Source: a virus | Lineage: Duplodnaviria > Caudoviricetes | Direction: 5' to 3' (one strand) | Virus record (IMG/VR): IMGVR_UViG_3300032296_000793 | Location: 1 to 31,552 of that record | DNA: 31,552 bases | Program-made: the position numbers and the translations under genes | The notes under the pieces: model-generated | Told to the model about the DNA's origin: nothing | The model's database searches: none | The model's input: only the letters and a program-made list of their open reading frames with translations | Shown here: piece by piece, positions 1-7,967 of the stretch | How the letters are laid out: each line of letters starts with the position of its first letter | How positions within the stretch are numbered: position 1 is the stretch's first letter

Positions 1-151
1 CTTCAAAATGGCATTGCCTTGCCGTTTTCATAATCTGCTCCTTCTCCATTGCTTCGGCTTGTTCAATTGCTTCGAGTAAATCGTTTCCAATAAAGTATTG
101 ATTTTTACCCATCCAATCTTTTAGCCATTCTACTGCAGTTTCTTTTTTCAT
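1..151 (-). CDS. Small phage protein, TAVEWL...AMEKEQI family (runs off left end)
   Basis: Manual translation from ATG at 151: MKKETAVEWLKDWMGKNQYFIGNDLLEAIEQAEAMEKEQIMKTARQCHFE..., no stop before position 1; not in ORF track. Confidence 0.75.
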   Translation of the reverse strand, partial: MKKETAVEWLKDWMGKNQYFIGNDLLEAIEQAEAMEKEQIMKTARQCHFE

Positions 152-169
152 TTTGTTATTGTTTTGAGT

Positions 170-188
170 TGTTCGGAAATTCCGAACA
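170..188. repeat. Perfect 9-bp inverted repeat TGTTCGGAA-A-TTCCGAACA
   Basis: Directly visible intergenic palindrome. Confidence 0.85.
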
Positions 189-204
189 GTTGGTTTTTAA
201 GTTG

Positions 205-441
205 TCATAGTGGTCTCCAGTTCACCTGCTCACGCTCTATGTTGGCGAGGATAGTACCTGCGATTGCTTCTTGTTGGTCGGGCGTTGCATCATGAACGTC
301 AATGGAGAACTTGATACTTCCGTTCGTGTGACGCAATAGGGTGAATTCCCATTCGATTTTTTCGCAATGAGGAAAGGCAATGAAGATAGTACCCGAAAAG
401 AACTCGGTTTTCTTGTGTGGCTTGTCTGAAATAGTAATCAT
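205..441 (-). CDS. Hypothetical protein
   Basis: 78 aa ORF, ATGA overlap with ninG stop. Confidence 0.7.
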   Translation of the reverse strand: MITISDKPHKKTEFFSGTIFIAFPHCEKIEWEFTLLRHTNGSIKFSIDVHDATPDQQEAIAGTILANIEREQVNWRPL

Positions 442-971
442 TTGTGTGGTTTTAATTGTTTGATTAGTGTTTTATAGTGCGTTAATTTCTCTTTTATTTC
501 ATCGATAGTGAGTCGCAGTTCCGTGTTTCGTAGCGTGTAGAGTTCATTGAACTGACTTGTTCCAATTCTGCCGGGTAAGTTGTGGGCGTATTCGATGAGG
601 TTACCATGTCGGTGTTGGTTGCAGTGAGTACACTGTCCATGGACGTTGAGTTCATGGTAGCGAAGATTTGGGTAATTTCCAACGGAAAAAAAATGGCCGG
701 CATCATACTTGCCCTGCAATGGTCGACCACAAGAGATGCATGGCTTGCCTCGGTCTCGCAATCGGATGTACGTATTAAATACTTGCTGGAGTTCCTTGCG
801 CCACTGACTTGCAGGCTTGAGGTCTTCGCGTTTCTTTTTGATTTCATCCTTGTCTTTTTTGGTTCGTTTTTGATTCGCGTGTTCGATGATGCATAGGGAA
901 TTCGTGCATGTCATCTGCAGTGATGAGTAGGTAGGCTCAAATAGTTGGCGGCATATCTTGCATTTCCTCAT
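438..971 (-). CDS. ninG: NinG/Rap-family recombination endonuclease
   Basis: Likely start MRKCKICR at 971; motifs FNTYIRLRD, CISCG, DAGHF, GQCTHCN. Confidence 0.92.
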   Translation of the reverse strand: MRKCKICRQLFEPTYSSLQMTCTNSLCIIEHANQKRTKKDKDEIKKKREDLKPASQWRKELQQVFNTYIRLRDRGKPCISCGRPLQGKYDAGHFFSVGNYPNLRYHELNVHGQCTHCNQHRHGNLIEYAHNLPGRIGTSQFNELYTLRNTELRLTIDEIKEKLTHYKTLIKQLKPHK

Positions 972-1173
972 AGTAGTCAATGACCTTCTTGATATAGTCG
1001 TTGTGAATATACCACGAATAAGGAAACGCAATGTATCGACGTCCTATCGGTGACCATGATTTGTCTATTGATCCACAATAGAGGCACGATGAGTCATCAA
1101 ATTTGAATAGGTACTTCTTGTTGACGATGCACTCGAAGCCATCGTCCTCGGTAAGGTAAAAGCGTGGGTCCAT
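937..1173 (-). CDS. Hypothetical protein
   Basis: 78 aa ORF coupled to dnaB stop; one CxxC. Confidence 0.65.
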   Translation of the reverse strand: MDPRFYLTEDDGFECIVNKKYLFKFDDSSCLYCGSIDKSWSPIGRRYIAFPYSWYIHNDYIKKVIDYYEEMQDMPPTI

Positions 1174-2507
1174 TAGAATATGTTATGTGGGTTTAAGTCG
1201 GTGTATTTCATGATGCTTGGGTTGAAGCTTATCGGTACGGCTCCAGTTCCTCCGTTTCGTTGCTTCGATACTATGTACTCGGCATAACCTTGAATGCCTC
1301 CTTCTACTTGCATGCCGTAGTACTCCGGTCGGAAGAGGAAGGTCACGATGTCGGCATCCTGCTCAAGTGACCCCGACTCTCGCAGGTCGGATATCATCGG
1401 CTTCTTGTCGCTTCTTGATTCAACCGCTCGTGATAATTGCGCGAGTACGACCATAGGTATGTTATTCTCTTTCGCAATCAATTTTAGGTTTCTTGATATG
1501 GTTGAGAGTTCTTGTTCTCGATTAGCGTTACGATTGCCGTTCTTGCCTACCGACATCAGTTGTATATAGTCAACGAAGACCACTTCCACTCGATGCTTCG
1601 CGATGAGGTTCTTGACTTTATTGGACAAGTCGAAAACTGACAAGTCAGCCGAGTCATCTATATAGATGGGCAAGCGATTCACTTGGTCTAAATAGTGGTA
1701 GTATAGGCGAAGCGTGTCGTCGTCAAGTTTATACTTCATGAGTTTTTCGCTTGGGATACCGGTCATCATGCTCATCAGTCGATAGACGACTTGCACGCTG
1801 CTCATTTCGAGACTAAAGAAGGCGACTGGTGTACCTTGTTTCGCAAGTTCCAAGACTTCGGTTAAGGCCATGGCCGTCTTACCCATTCCGGGACGTCCTG
1901 CCATGTACATGAGGTCGGACTTTTGATGTCCTCCGATGAGCGTGTCGATGGCTTTGATACTTGTCGAGTAGCCACTGATAGCCTTGTTCGATAGTGATCG
2001 TGCCACGATGGACTCCGTTGCTTCCGGTGTGATGACCGATACATGGACGGCGTCACGCTTGTTGGCTCCTCCGAAGGTATTGTTGAGCGTGGTCAGGACT
2101 TCTCCGTATATGTCGAATATATCTACTCCAAGGTCGAATGCCTTGGTTGATACTTCTGCAGACAAGCGGATGAGCGTTCTGCGTATCCACAATTCGTTCA
2201 GTGTCAATGCCCACACTTCGAGGTTAGCCGATGAGGCAACACGGCTCGTCAAATTGGAGATATAAAGTTGATATCCTTCAAATTCCAATTTAAGCGTTTT
2301 AAGCGACTTAATCGTGGTAAGTAGGTCTATGGGTTCGCTTTTGCGAGATAGTTCAACCATGGCCTTAAAAATGCGTTTATTGCGGTCATCATAGAACTTC
2401 TCTTCAGTTAATTGGGTGGCGACCTTGGTCATGGCGTCACGATCGAGGAGGATTGCTCCAAGGATGACGGTCTCCAGTTCAAGGTCTTGAGGTAGTGATT
2501 GGTGCAT
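1173..2507 (-). CDS. dnaB: Replicative DNA helicase
   Basis: Likely start MHQSLPQDLELE at 2507; Walker A AGRPGMGKT, FSLEMS, VDYIQL, AQLSR, DLRESGSLEQDAD, KQRNG. Confidence 0.97.
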   Translation of the reverse strand: MHQSLPQDLELETVILGAILLDRDAMTKVATQLTEEKFYDDRNKRIFKAMVELSRKSEPIDLLTTIKSLKTLKLEFEGYQLYISNLTSRVASSANLEVWALTLNELWIRRTLIRLSAEVSTKAFDLGVDIFDIYGEVLTTLNNTFGGANKRDAVHVSVITPEATESIVARSLSNKAISGYSTSIKAIDTLIGGHQKSDLMYMAGRPGMGKTAMALTEVLELAKQGTPVAFFSLEMSSVQVVYRLMSMMTGIPSEKLMKYKLDDDTLRLYYHYLDQVNRLPIYIDDSADLSVFDLSNKVKNLIAKHRVEVVFVDYIQLMSVGKNGNRNANREQELSTISRNLKLIAKENNIPMVVLAQLSRAVESRSDKKPMISDLRESGSLEQDADIVTFLFRPEYYGMQVEGGIQGYAEYIVSKQRNGGTGAVPISFNPSIMKYTDLNPHNIF

Positions 2508-3120
2508 AGGTTGTATTCGTTGTAGGTTTTTGGGTTTTATACTTCTCATCGAACCATACTCCACGCATCTTCTGCTTCCAATTTCGCACGGGTTGACCTT
2601 TGGCGTCCCTCCAGTTTGCGTCTGCGTAGTAGTTAAATACATGGGTGGCGTGTGTCGATGGGTAGCCGTTCGCTTCAAAGTAGGCTATCACTTCGGGAAG
2701 AGTCGGAGCAATAAACTTGTCCTTCTCCTTTATTTTCTTATTTATATTTTTATTTACATCTTCATTTTCATTTTCCATATGTTCAACATATGTTTTAGAT
2801 ATGTTTTTCATATGTTTTTTCTTATTGGAATTCAATCGATTATTACGTCTTGATTCGGCAAATGCGGCACGTTTTAAGACTTCAATGCGCAAGCGTTCGT
2901 TATATAATTGACCATCTTCATCGACTTCAAACTTGACACGAACGGAGGCGAAAATCTCACTTGATACACATATCTTCATCATATGTTTATCGGTTATTGA
3001 GCCTTTACTTGCTTGGTGGCATAGGCATCGTATATACGCACCAACTTCATCGTTGGTCATATCATCAGTACCTACTAAAAAATCTTGATAATAGAAGAGA
3101 AATGCTGGGTCTTTAGCCAT
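2479..3120 (-). CDS. Phage replication initiator (DUF1376/YdaU-like N-terminus)
   Basis: MAKDPAFLFY...EVGAYIRCLCHQ N-terminus, low-complexity linker, C-terminal FIAPTLPEV...YY...NWKQ; directly upstream of dnaB. Confidence 0.85.
   Translation of the reverse strand: MAKDPAFLFYYQDFLVGTDDMTNDEVGAYIRCLCHQASKGSITDKHMMKICVSSEIFASVRVKFEVDEDGQLYNERLRIEVLKRAAFAESRRNNRLNSNKKKHMKNISKTYVEHMENENEDVNKNINKKIKEKDKFIAPTLPEVIAYFEANGYPSTHATHVFNYYADANWRDAKGQPVRNWKQKMRGVWFDEKYKTQKPTTNTTYAPITTSRP
2725..2822. promoter_or_regulatory. Putative replication origin: four (C/G)ATATGTT iterons at 11-bp period plus adjacent AT-rich tract
   Basis: Iterons start at 2776, 2787, 2798, 2809 inside the initiator gene (lambda-O-like layout). 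Confidence 0.7.
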
Positions 3121-3211
3121 AAATAAATACCCACCGACACACGCAAAGGCGTACCCTTGACCGATTGGTCTTCGGCAATGCGGTATCGATGGGATTTATA
3201 ATGTTTTTCAT
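3113..3211 (-). CDS. Putative 32-aa leader peptide (uORF) overlapping the initiator start
   Basis: MKNIINPIDTALPKTNRSRVRLCVCRWVFIYG*; stop lies within ATGGCTAA of the initiator. Confidence 0.4.
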   Translation of the reverse strand: MKNIINPIDTALPKTNRSRVRLCVCRWVFIYG

Positions 3212-3221
3212 TAGGGTACGC
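3130..3221 (-). ncRNA. Structured cis-regulatory leader RNA (interleaved helices, pseudoknot or switch)
   Basis: GCGUACCCU/AGGGUACGC 9-bp helix; CCCAUCGAUAC-CGCA/UGCG-U-GUGUCGGUGGG 11+4-bp helix with G-U pairs only on the minus strand; internal GACC-AAUC-GGUC hairpin. Confidence 0.65.
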
Positions 3222-3235
3222 GATGCAAATGTGAA

Positions 3236-3940
3236 TCAAGAATTAGGTAAAGTCAACCACTGATTGACGATTTCCATTTTTATTTCTTGCGCCTTCTCGA
3301 TGGACTGGAGCAAGTCCTCCGCATCTTGAATCGAGAAAAGAATCGGACATACGTGTACCATACGATGCTCCGGTTGACGAGGGTCGAATGATGCAAACAA
3401 CCACATCGGCATCTTGTGGACGATCATGTTCAACATAATTTGCCAATAGTAGTCGGGCGCGATGTCCTTCAAGGCTTCGCTATCGATGACCTTGCTATGT
3501 TCGTAGTGATTGACTGAATTGAATGGACACTTCACTTCGATTCCCACCTGCATTCCTTCATAGTCTATAAACGCATCGGGACTGCATCCAGTATAATCGT
3601 TGAACAACTTGAAGGCAGGCTTCAACACCAGCGTCTCACGATCGAGATTCATTTTCTTCACCACTTGCTCGATAGCCGTCTGCTCCCATTCGTTGCCCCA
3701 ATCGATTGCACGACCATAGGCATCGTCGCTTGATTGATTGGTGATGACCTCCATAGCCTTCTTGGTGATATATGTCATCGCGGTCTGCGAGAATAGACCT
3801 GCCTCACGTGCCTCTTTGCTTTTCGGCTTGGTCATTAAAGCAGATATGCCGCTTCCAGTAAAGCGACCGAGTCGTAATCGTGACCACGCCTCCGATTGTT
3901 GAGCGGCGTGGATTAATGCGTCTTGAATGTATGGGTTCAT
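3236..3940 (-). CDS. YqaJ/lambda-type exonuclease
   Basis: QQSEAWSRLRLGRFTGS, WGNEWE, GCSPD, EVKCP, YYWQ, SFDPR motifs. Confidence 0.93.
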   Translation of the reverse strand: MNPYIQDALIHAAQQSEAWSRLRLGRFTGSGISALMTKPKSKEAREAGLFSQTAMTYITKKAMEVITNQSSDDAYGRAIDWGNEWEQTAIEQVVKKMNLDRETLVLKPAFKLFNDYTGCSPDAFIDYEGMQVGIEVKCPFNSVNHYEHSKVIDSEALKDIAPDYYWQIMLNMIVHKMPMWLFASFDPRQPEHRMVHVCPILFSIQDAEDLLQSIEKAQEIKMEIVNQWLTLPNS

Positions 3941-4593
3941 CTTGCTTTGAGTAATGTGTTTATAGTTGCTTTCTGCGTTTCGGTCATCACTTCAGCGAGA
4001 GCCTCCATTGCCTCGCGAATCTCGAATTCATCACCTCCATTCTTTGCCGCAATGCATAGCTTCTCGAATGTGGTCGGAGGTAGTTGAGCCATGCCGGAAT
4101 TCGATGGCGTTATTTTGAACGGCTTGTACGTGTCAGCGTTCTTCCGATTGAGGTCACGTCCGAATATCTTACCAAGTGATTGAGCCGCATTTTTGAGACA
4201 CTCTGCCTTCAATTTCGGGAAGGCAAGGTCGAGTGCGTTCGGCTTCTTGTTCATTGGGTTAATGGCCCATTGGTTTCGCTCTTGGCCTTCAAAGCCTTGA
4301 GGTACTTTGTCAACCATGATGATGACCGAAGCCGCTCCGATACGGGTCAACTTCTGCCCATTGACCGGGTTGATGACCTCCAGTACGAGCGAGCCTTGTA
4401 CTTCATTCGCGATCGCTGACCACGTGAAGCTTGAGGTCGACCACTGACCGAAGAAGAGTTCGTCAAGTGTCATCTCAATGTGCGAGATAGTGATGGTCTT
4501 CGCACGTCCATCCGGAGTGTATTCGACCGCTTCATGGGCAGGCTCGGAGTTGAGCCGCCCGATGAACTTTTGCATTTGTTCTAATTGTTCCAC
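3937..4593 (-). CDS. Single-strand annealing recombinase (Sak/Rad52-like)
   Basis: LDELFFGQW...AECLKNAAQSLGKIFGRDLNR; coupled to exonuclease. Confidence 0.7.
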   Translation of the reverse strand: MEQLEQMQKFIGRLNSEPAHEAVEYTPDGRAKTITISHIEMTLDELFFGQWSTSSFTWSAIANEVQGSLVLEVINPVNGQKLTRIGAASVIIMVDKVPQGFEGQERNQWAINPMNKKPNALDLAFPKLKAECLKNAAQSLGKIFGRDLNRKNADTYKPFKITPSNSGMAQLPPTTFEKLCIAAKNGGDEFEIREAMEALAEVMTETQKATINTLLKAR

Positions 4594-4612
4594 AAGATAA
4601 ATGTTTTAAGGG

Positions 4613-4771
4613 TTAATAAGGGTGTAAGTAGTCTTCCAGTTCTTCGTCGTTGAGGAGTAGCCATCCATCCGCTTGACACTTCTCGCATCGGTAGGCTCGA
4701 TAAGGAGGGTCGTGTTCGATGAACTTACCGTGTCCATCACAATCCTTGCATACTACTCGGTGCGTGTTCAT
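4613..4771 (-). CDS. Small zinc-finger protein (DnaJ-like CxxCxGxG)
   Basis: Manual translation, 52 aa: MNTHRVVCKDCDGHGKF...CEKCQADG...; ATGA overlap with upstream gene. Confidence 0.7.
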   Translation of the reverse strand: MNTHRVVCKDCDGHGKFIEHDPPYRAYRCEKCQADGWLLLNDEELEDYLHPY

Positions 4772-5034
4772 AGTTCAAACTTTTTGAGTGCGACTTGAAG
4801 TGCAGCATTGAACTCTTCGATGGGCATCGGCTCGGAGCATGTCTTGAATTGACGTTTCAAGTACTCCTCGGTGCGGATATGGTTGACGAGGGTCTCATTG
4901 AGAAGATAGATAGCATGGTTCTCCGACTTAATGTAGAGCATCTCGTAGGGAAGTGATGGATTGCGGAAGGCCGCAGGAGTCTCGATGGTGACTGTGGTGG
5001 TCGTCTCGACCTTGGTTTTGAGGGTTAATTCCAT
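4768..5034 (-). CDS. Hypothetical protein
   Basis: 88 aa ORF with A-rich start context. Confidence 0.75.
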   Translation of the reverse strand: MELTLKTKVETTTTVTIETPAAFRNPSLPYEMLYIKSENHAIYLLNETLVNHIRTEEYLKRQFKTCSEPMPIEEFNAALQVALKKFEL

Positions 5035-5101
5035 TTTTTTAAGTTTTATTGATTAGAAAGTGATTACAAGAATGATAAAAAAGATAGCCGCGATGATCAC
5101 G

Positions 5102-5317
5102 TCAAGCAAAAAGTCCATTGATTTCGCGTGATGTGAGGAGGAGTTCGACTCGGACTTCGTCGTTGGCCGCAACATATTCGCCGACCACTTCGTTTTTGGG
5201 TTCGATATTGAAACCATCACAGTACTCTTTGAGCCAATTGAGACCTTGAGTTCGTGATTTGCTGATGGAAAAGGATTTGTCATGGGTTTTGAGGTTTGTG
5301 ATTATTAAGATAGACAT
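5102..5317 (-). CDS. Hypothetical protein
   Basis: 71 aa ORF tiling the early operon; preferred over the overlapping 5053-5283 frame. Confidence 0.55.
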   Translation of the reverse strand: MSILIITNLKTHDKSFSISKSRTQGLNWLKEYCDGFNIEPKNEVVGEYVAANDEVRVELLLTSREINGLFA

Positions 5318-5469
5318 TTGGTGTTGATGTATATGTTATATCCGTGAATTCGATTGAGGGTTGAGATAGCTTTGGATAGGTCGGATTCGGTTAGTCTCGG
5401 TGTTTTGATGACCACGAACGGCTCCAGTTCCTTTCCGTGTTGGGTCGCGATGACATGTATGGTTTTCAT
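5305..5469 (-). CDS. Hypothetical protein
   Basis: Start MKTIHVIAT at 5469 with ATGA overlap. Confidence 0.6.
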   Translation of the reverse strand: MKTIHVIATQHGKELEPFVVIKTPRLTESDLSKAISTLNRIHGYNIYINTKCLS

Positions 5470-5666
5470 GACCATATCATTGTGAAGTCGAAGCGAGGAC
5501 CTCCTGCAGTCCAACACTGAATCTTATCGTTTTCAATGACTGCATCTGCATTGTTGATATTATACTTTCGGATACGATCAATGAAGCCTTCAAAAGCATC
5601 ATCCTTGGTTGCGTATTCAAATTTTTCTACTTGACCATTGTGGTAGGTGATAGTGATGGTTTTCAT
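5466..5666 (-). CDS. Hypothetical early protein (first gene after early promoter)
   Basis: 66 aa ORF starting about 38 nt downstream of the consensus -7 box. Confidence 0.75.
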   Translation of the reverse strand: MKTITITYHNGQVEKFEYATKDDAFEGFIDRIRKYNINNADAVIENDKIQCWTAGGPRFDFTMIWS

Positions 5667-5703
5667 AAAACTGATTTTAAGGGGTTTGTTTTGTTTTGTG
5701 GGA

Positions 5704-5736
5704 CAAATGTATATGTAACTATTTCGTTACACCAAA
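5704..5736 (-). promoter_or_regulatory. Bacteroidota sigma-A promoter with internal palindromic operator
   Basis: Minus strand TTTG-N21-TACATTTG; TGTAAC-N6-GTTACA at 5714-5731 lies between the boxes. Confidence 0.8.
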
Positions 5737-5865
5737 AGAAAATTGTTAAAATTTCACTTTTGCCCTTGCGACGAGGGTTTCAATACCTCATTTTAGCCGC
5801 AGTTAATGCCAAGGAAGCGATTCCATGAGGTAAAAGGTTAAGACAAATTTGGTTTTAAGGGAAAC

Positions 5866-5894
5866 AAAGAGAGGTCAACGGACCTCTTTTTTTT
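5866..5894. terminator. Intrinsic (probably bidirectional) terminator after terL
   Basis: AGAGGTC-AACG-GACCTCT hairpin with T8 on + strand and T-rich tail on - strand. Confidence 0.8.
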
Positions 5895-7188
5895 ATGCGT
5901 ATGAGTAGCGGCCGTAGTTCGGGAAGAGTTCAAAGTACATTCGCATCATAATCATATCGGCGTAGTCAGGCGAAAGGCCATGTGTCTTTTGAATCTCATC
6001 CTTACCGGTCACGCTCAACTTCCCATCACCGTCTATGTTCTTGCGTCGAATCATGTCGAGTTCCTTCGTGATGGTGTCACGATGCTCCAGTGGGAAGAAG
6101 ACCTCATTCAACTCAATCTTCTCTGCAAGTTTGAAGTAACACTCGGCCTTGAGGTTAGTGAATCGCAGGGGTTGAGTGGCTCGCGATCCATTGCGGAACT
6201 CTCGAATTTTGGATACGTCGACCACTCCACTACCTAAACCATCGGCATCACCGATGCAATTCGACAACTTGATGTGTCGAGTATAGGCAAGGTCACCTAT
6301 CACACGAGCGACCTCGTCGACCTTCTTGCGTCTCAACTCAATAATCTCAATCAACGCCATACCACGCCAAATACCTATCACGGTTCTATCCTTCCCCAAT
6401 CGAGCAATGTCCGCAGTCAAGTACAACTCGCCTTGATTCGGATGGTCCCGGAAGCATCGCAGGACGTCATCGGTCGAGAATAGGTGGTCTTGAGTCTCGT
6501 CAAATTTCCAATCACCTTCAAGTAGTCGCTTGCGGTCGACCTCCGGTAGCAGAGAGAGGGTCTTGTGATACGATTCCGGAAGATGGATATTGTCTCCTGC
6601 CTTGGCTTGGATGAATGCATACTCCTTGGGAAGTTCTCCCTTCGCCCAAGGTGCGTAAAATTCGTTATACAACCAACCTTTCGTTGGATTGCATGTCATC
6701 AATCCCTTCGGTTTTAAATCATACTCCTTCAACTTGAAACGGACACGCGACCGCAATATGTCGATGGCCTTCTTGGATACTTGAGAAACCTCATCAACCG
6801 CCCAATCAGTCAACTCATAACCTCCAAGTGAATCAAAGGAAGGGTCGGATGGTCTCAACTCGAGGTCTTTTAGTATAACCTCCGAACCATTCCAAAAACG
6901 AATGATAGACGATTGCTGATTGTACTCATAATTTTTCCCTGCTTTAAGTCCATACATCGCACACACCTCAAAAAATGTCTTTAAGGTGGTCTTCTTCAGC
7001 GTATCTAATTTGGAACGACCAATCAGTCCACGAGTGCCTTTATATTTCAATCGTCGCTGAATCATCCATGCGCATAGCGTGAATGACTTCGAGCCTCCTG
7101 CGGCTCCTCCAAAAAGAACAACCTCCGAGTCACTGTCGTTGGCAAGTGATCGGAGGCATTCAAGTTGTTTGGGTAAGAATTCAATCAT
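5893..7188 (-). CDS. terL: Terminase large subunit
   Basis: Walker A GGAAGGSKS, Walker B WAVDE, coupling motif TCNP, RLLEGDW, nuclease ADIAR and SPDYADM. Confidence 0.95.
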   Translation of the reverse strand: MIEFLPKQLECLRSLANDSDSEVVLFGGAAGGSKSFTLCAWMIQRRLKYKGTRGLIGRSKLDTLKKTTLKTFFEVCAMYGLKAGKNYEYNQQSSIIRFWNGSEVILKDLELRPSDPSFDSLGGYELTDWAVDEVSQVSKKAIDILRSRVRFKLKEYDLKPKGLMTCNPTKGWLYNEFYAPWAKGELPKEYAFIQAKAGDNIHLPESYHKTLSLLPEVDRKRLLEGDWKFDETQDHLFSTDDVLRCFRDHPNQGELYLTADIARLGKDRTVIGIWRGMALIEIIELRRKKVDEVARVIGDLAYTRHIKLSNCIGDADGLGSGVVDVSKIREFRNGSRATQPLRFTNLKAECYFKLAEKIELNEVFFPLEHRDTITKELDMIRRKNIDGDGKLSVTGKDEIQKTHGLSPDYADMIMMRMYFELFPNYGRYSYA

Positions 7189-7367
7189 AGTAGGTACTTC
7201 GGGTTCTTGGTCAACTCGTAAGCTTCAGCCATGAGTCGATTCATTCGTCGCGAGTATTCAAGGTTCGGCTTCATGAGGCGCATCACGCCAAGCCATATGA
7301 TTTCTCGCTCGATGGCCGCTTCCCGTATCGATATGGCCTCGTCTCTATTGTCGCTTTGTCCGTGCAT
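7185..7367 (-). CDS. Hypothetical protein (YxLTKN..YL family)
   Basis: 60 aa, ATGA overlap with terL start; C-terminus resembles 31277-31435. Confidence 0.6.
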   Translation of the reverse strand: MHGQSDNRDEAISIREAAIEREIIWLGVMRLMKPNLEYSRRMNRLMAEAYELTKNPKYLL

Positions 7368-7510
7368 TCGTAGTATATATCTCGGTTAAATTTCTCCACT
7401 TCCATATCAACCGCTTCTTTTAATTGATGCAAGATGGCGGCTTCATTGTCTCCAGTCTCTTCTCGCAATTCGGAGAAGACACGATACAACCGGTCGATAC
7501 TTCTCACCAT
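7283..7510 (-). CDS. Hypothetical protein
   Basis: 75 aa ORF overlapping both neighbours in the operon. Confidence 0.55.
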   Translation of the reverse strand: MVRSIDRLYRVFSELREETGDNEAAILHQLKEAVDMEVEKFNRDIYYECTDKATIETRPYRYGKRPSSEKSYGLA

Positions 7511-7716
7511 GGCGTATCGGTTTGGGTCGGCTTCGGTTTGACCTCACTCAATGCGATGGATAAGAACTCGCCGCTCTTGCCTTGTTTCTTCCATGCAGAG
7601 ATTCTCATCTCCTTGTCACCGACCATGATGGTACCGGTCATGTCCGGATGCGTTTCTTTTTCTTTTCGGTCATTTTTGAATAGTGACCCTTGATTTGGTT
7701 TGTGTGTATATGACAT
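7504..7716 (-). CDS. DUF736-like small (ssDNA-binding-like) protein
   Basis: GSLFKND...HPDMTG...ISAWKK...FLSI motif, ending DTPW. Confidence 0.75.
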   Translation of the reverse strand: MSYTHKPNQGSLFKNDRKEKETHPDMTGTIMVGDKEMRISAWKKQGKSGEFLSIALSEVKPKPTQTDTPW

Positions 7717-7720
7717 GTGT

Positions 7721-7909
7721 TTATAGATTACGTGTGATATCTGCTATAGATAGACCGGTGATATCCGCGAGTCGCTTCAGGTCGCTCAACTGCATCGCAT
7801 TCGGGTTCTTCACCCATCGGTGCGCAGTCATCCGGGTGACCTTCATCCGCTCCGCGAAGAGGGTTTTGGTACCGAAGTGGTCGAGAATTATGTTTTCGAG
7901 TTGACTCAT
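7721..7909 (-). CDS. Cro/XRE-like HTH regulator
   Basis: Start MSQLENII at 7909; TKTLFAERMKVTRMTAHRWVKNP helix-turn-helix pattern. Confidence 0.8.
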   Translation of the reverse strand: MSQLENIILDHFGTKTLFAERMKVTRMTAHRWVKNPNAMQLSDLKRLADITGLSIADITRNL

Positions 7910-7931
7910 GTCTACTATTGACGTAGGTTTG
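7901..7931 (+). promoter_or_regulatory. Rightward sigma-A promoter for the sigma/late unit
   Basis: TTG (7901-7903)-N20-TAGGTTTG (7924-7931). Confidence 0.6.
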
Positions 7932-7932
7932 A

Positions 7933-7964
7933 CAAAGATATGTAACTTAATTGATGCAAAGCAA
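7933..7964 (-). promoter_or_regulatory. Leftward sigma-A promoter for the HTH-terL unit with degenerate operator
   Basis: Minus strand TTG-N21-TATCTTTG; TGTAAC-N6-GATGCA at 7941-7958. Confidence 0.7.
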
Positions 7965-7967
7965 GGC

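Noticed and set aside
686-693. A8 run in ninG as a slippage site
   Set aside because: It encodes the conserved GHFFS motif in frame; there is no domain junction or useful alternative frame.
2508-2678. Long N-terminal extension of DnaB overlapping the initiator
   Set aside because: DnaB-like sequence starts at MHQSLPQ (2507); the upstream part is an open shadow frame.
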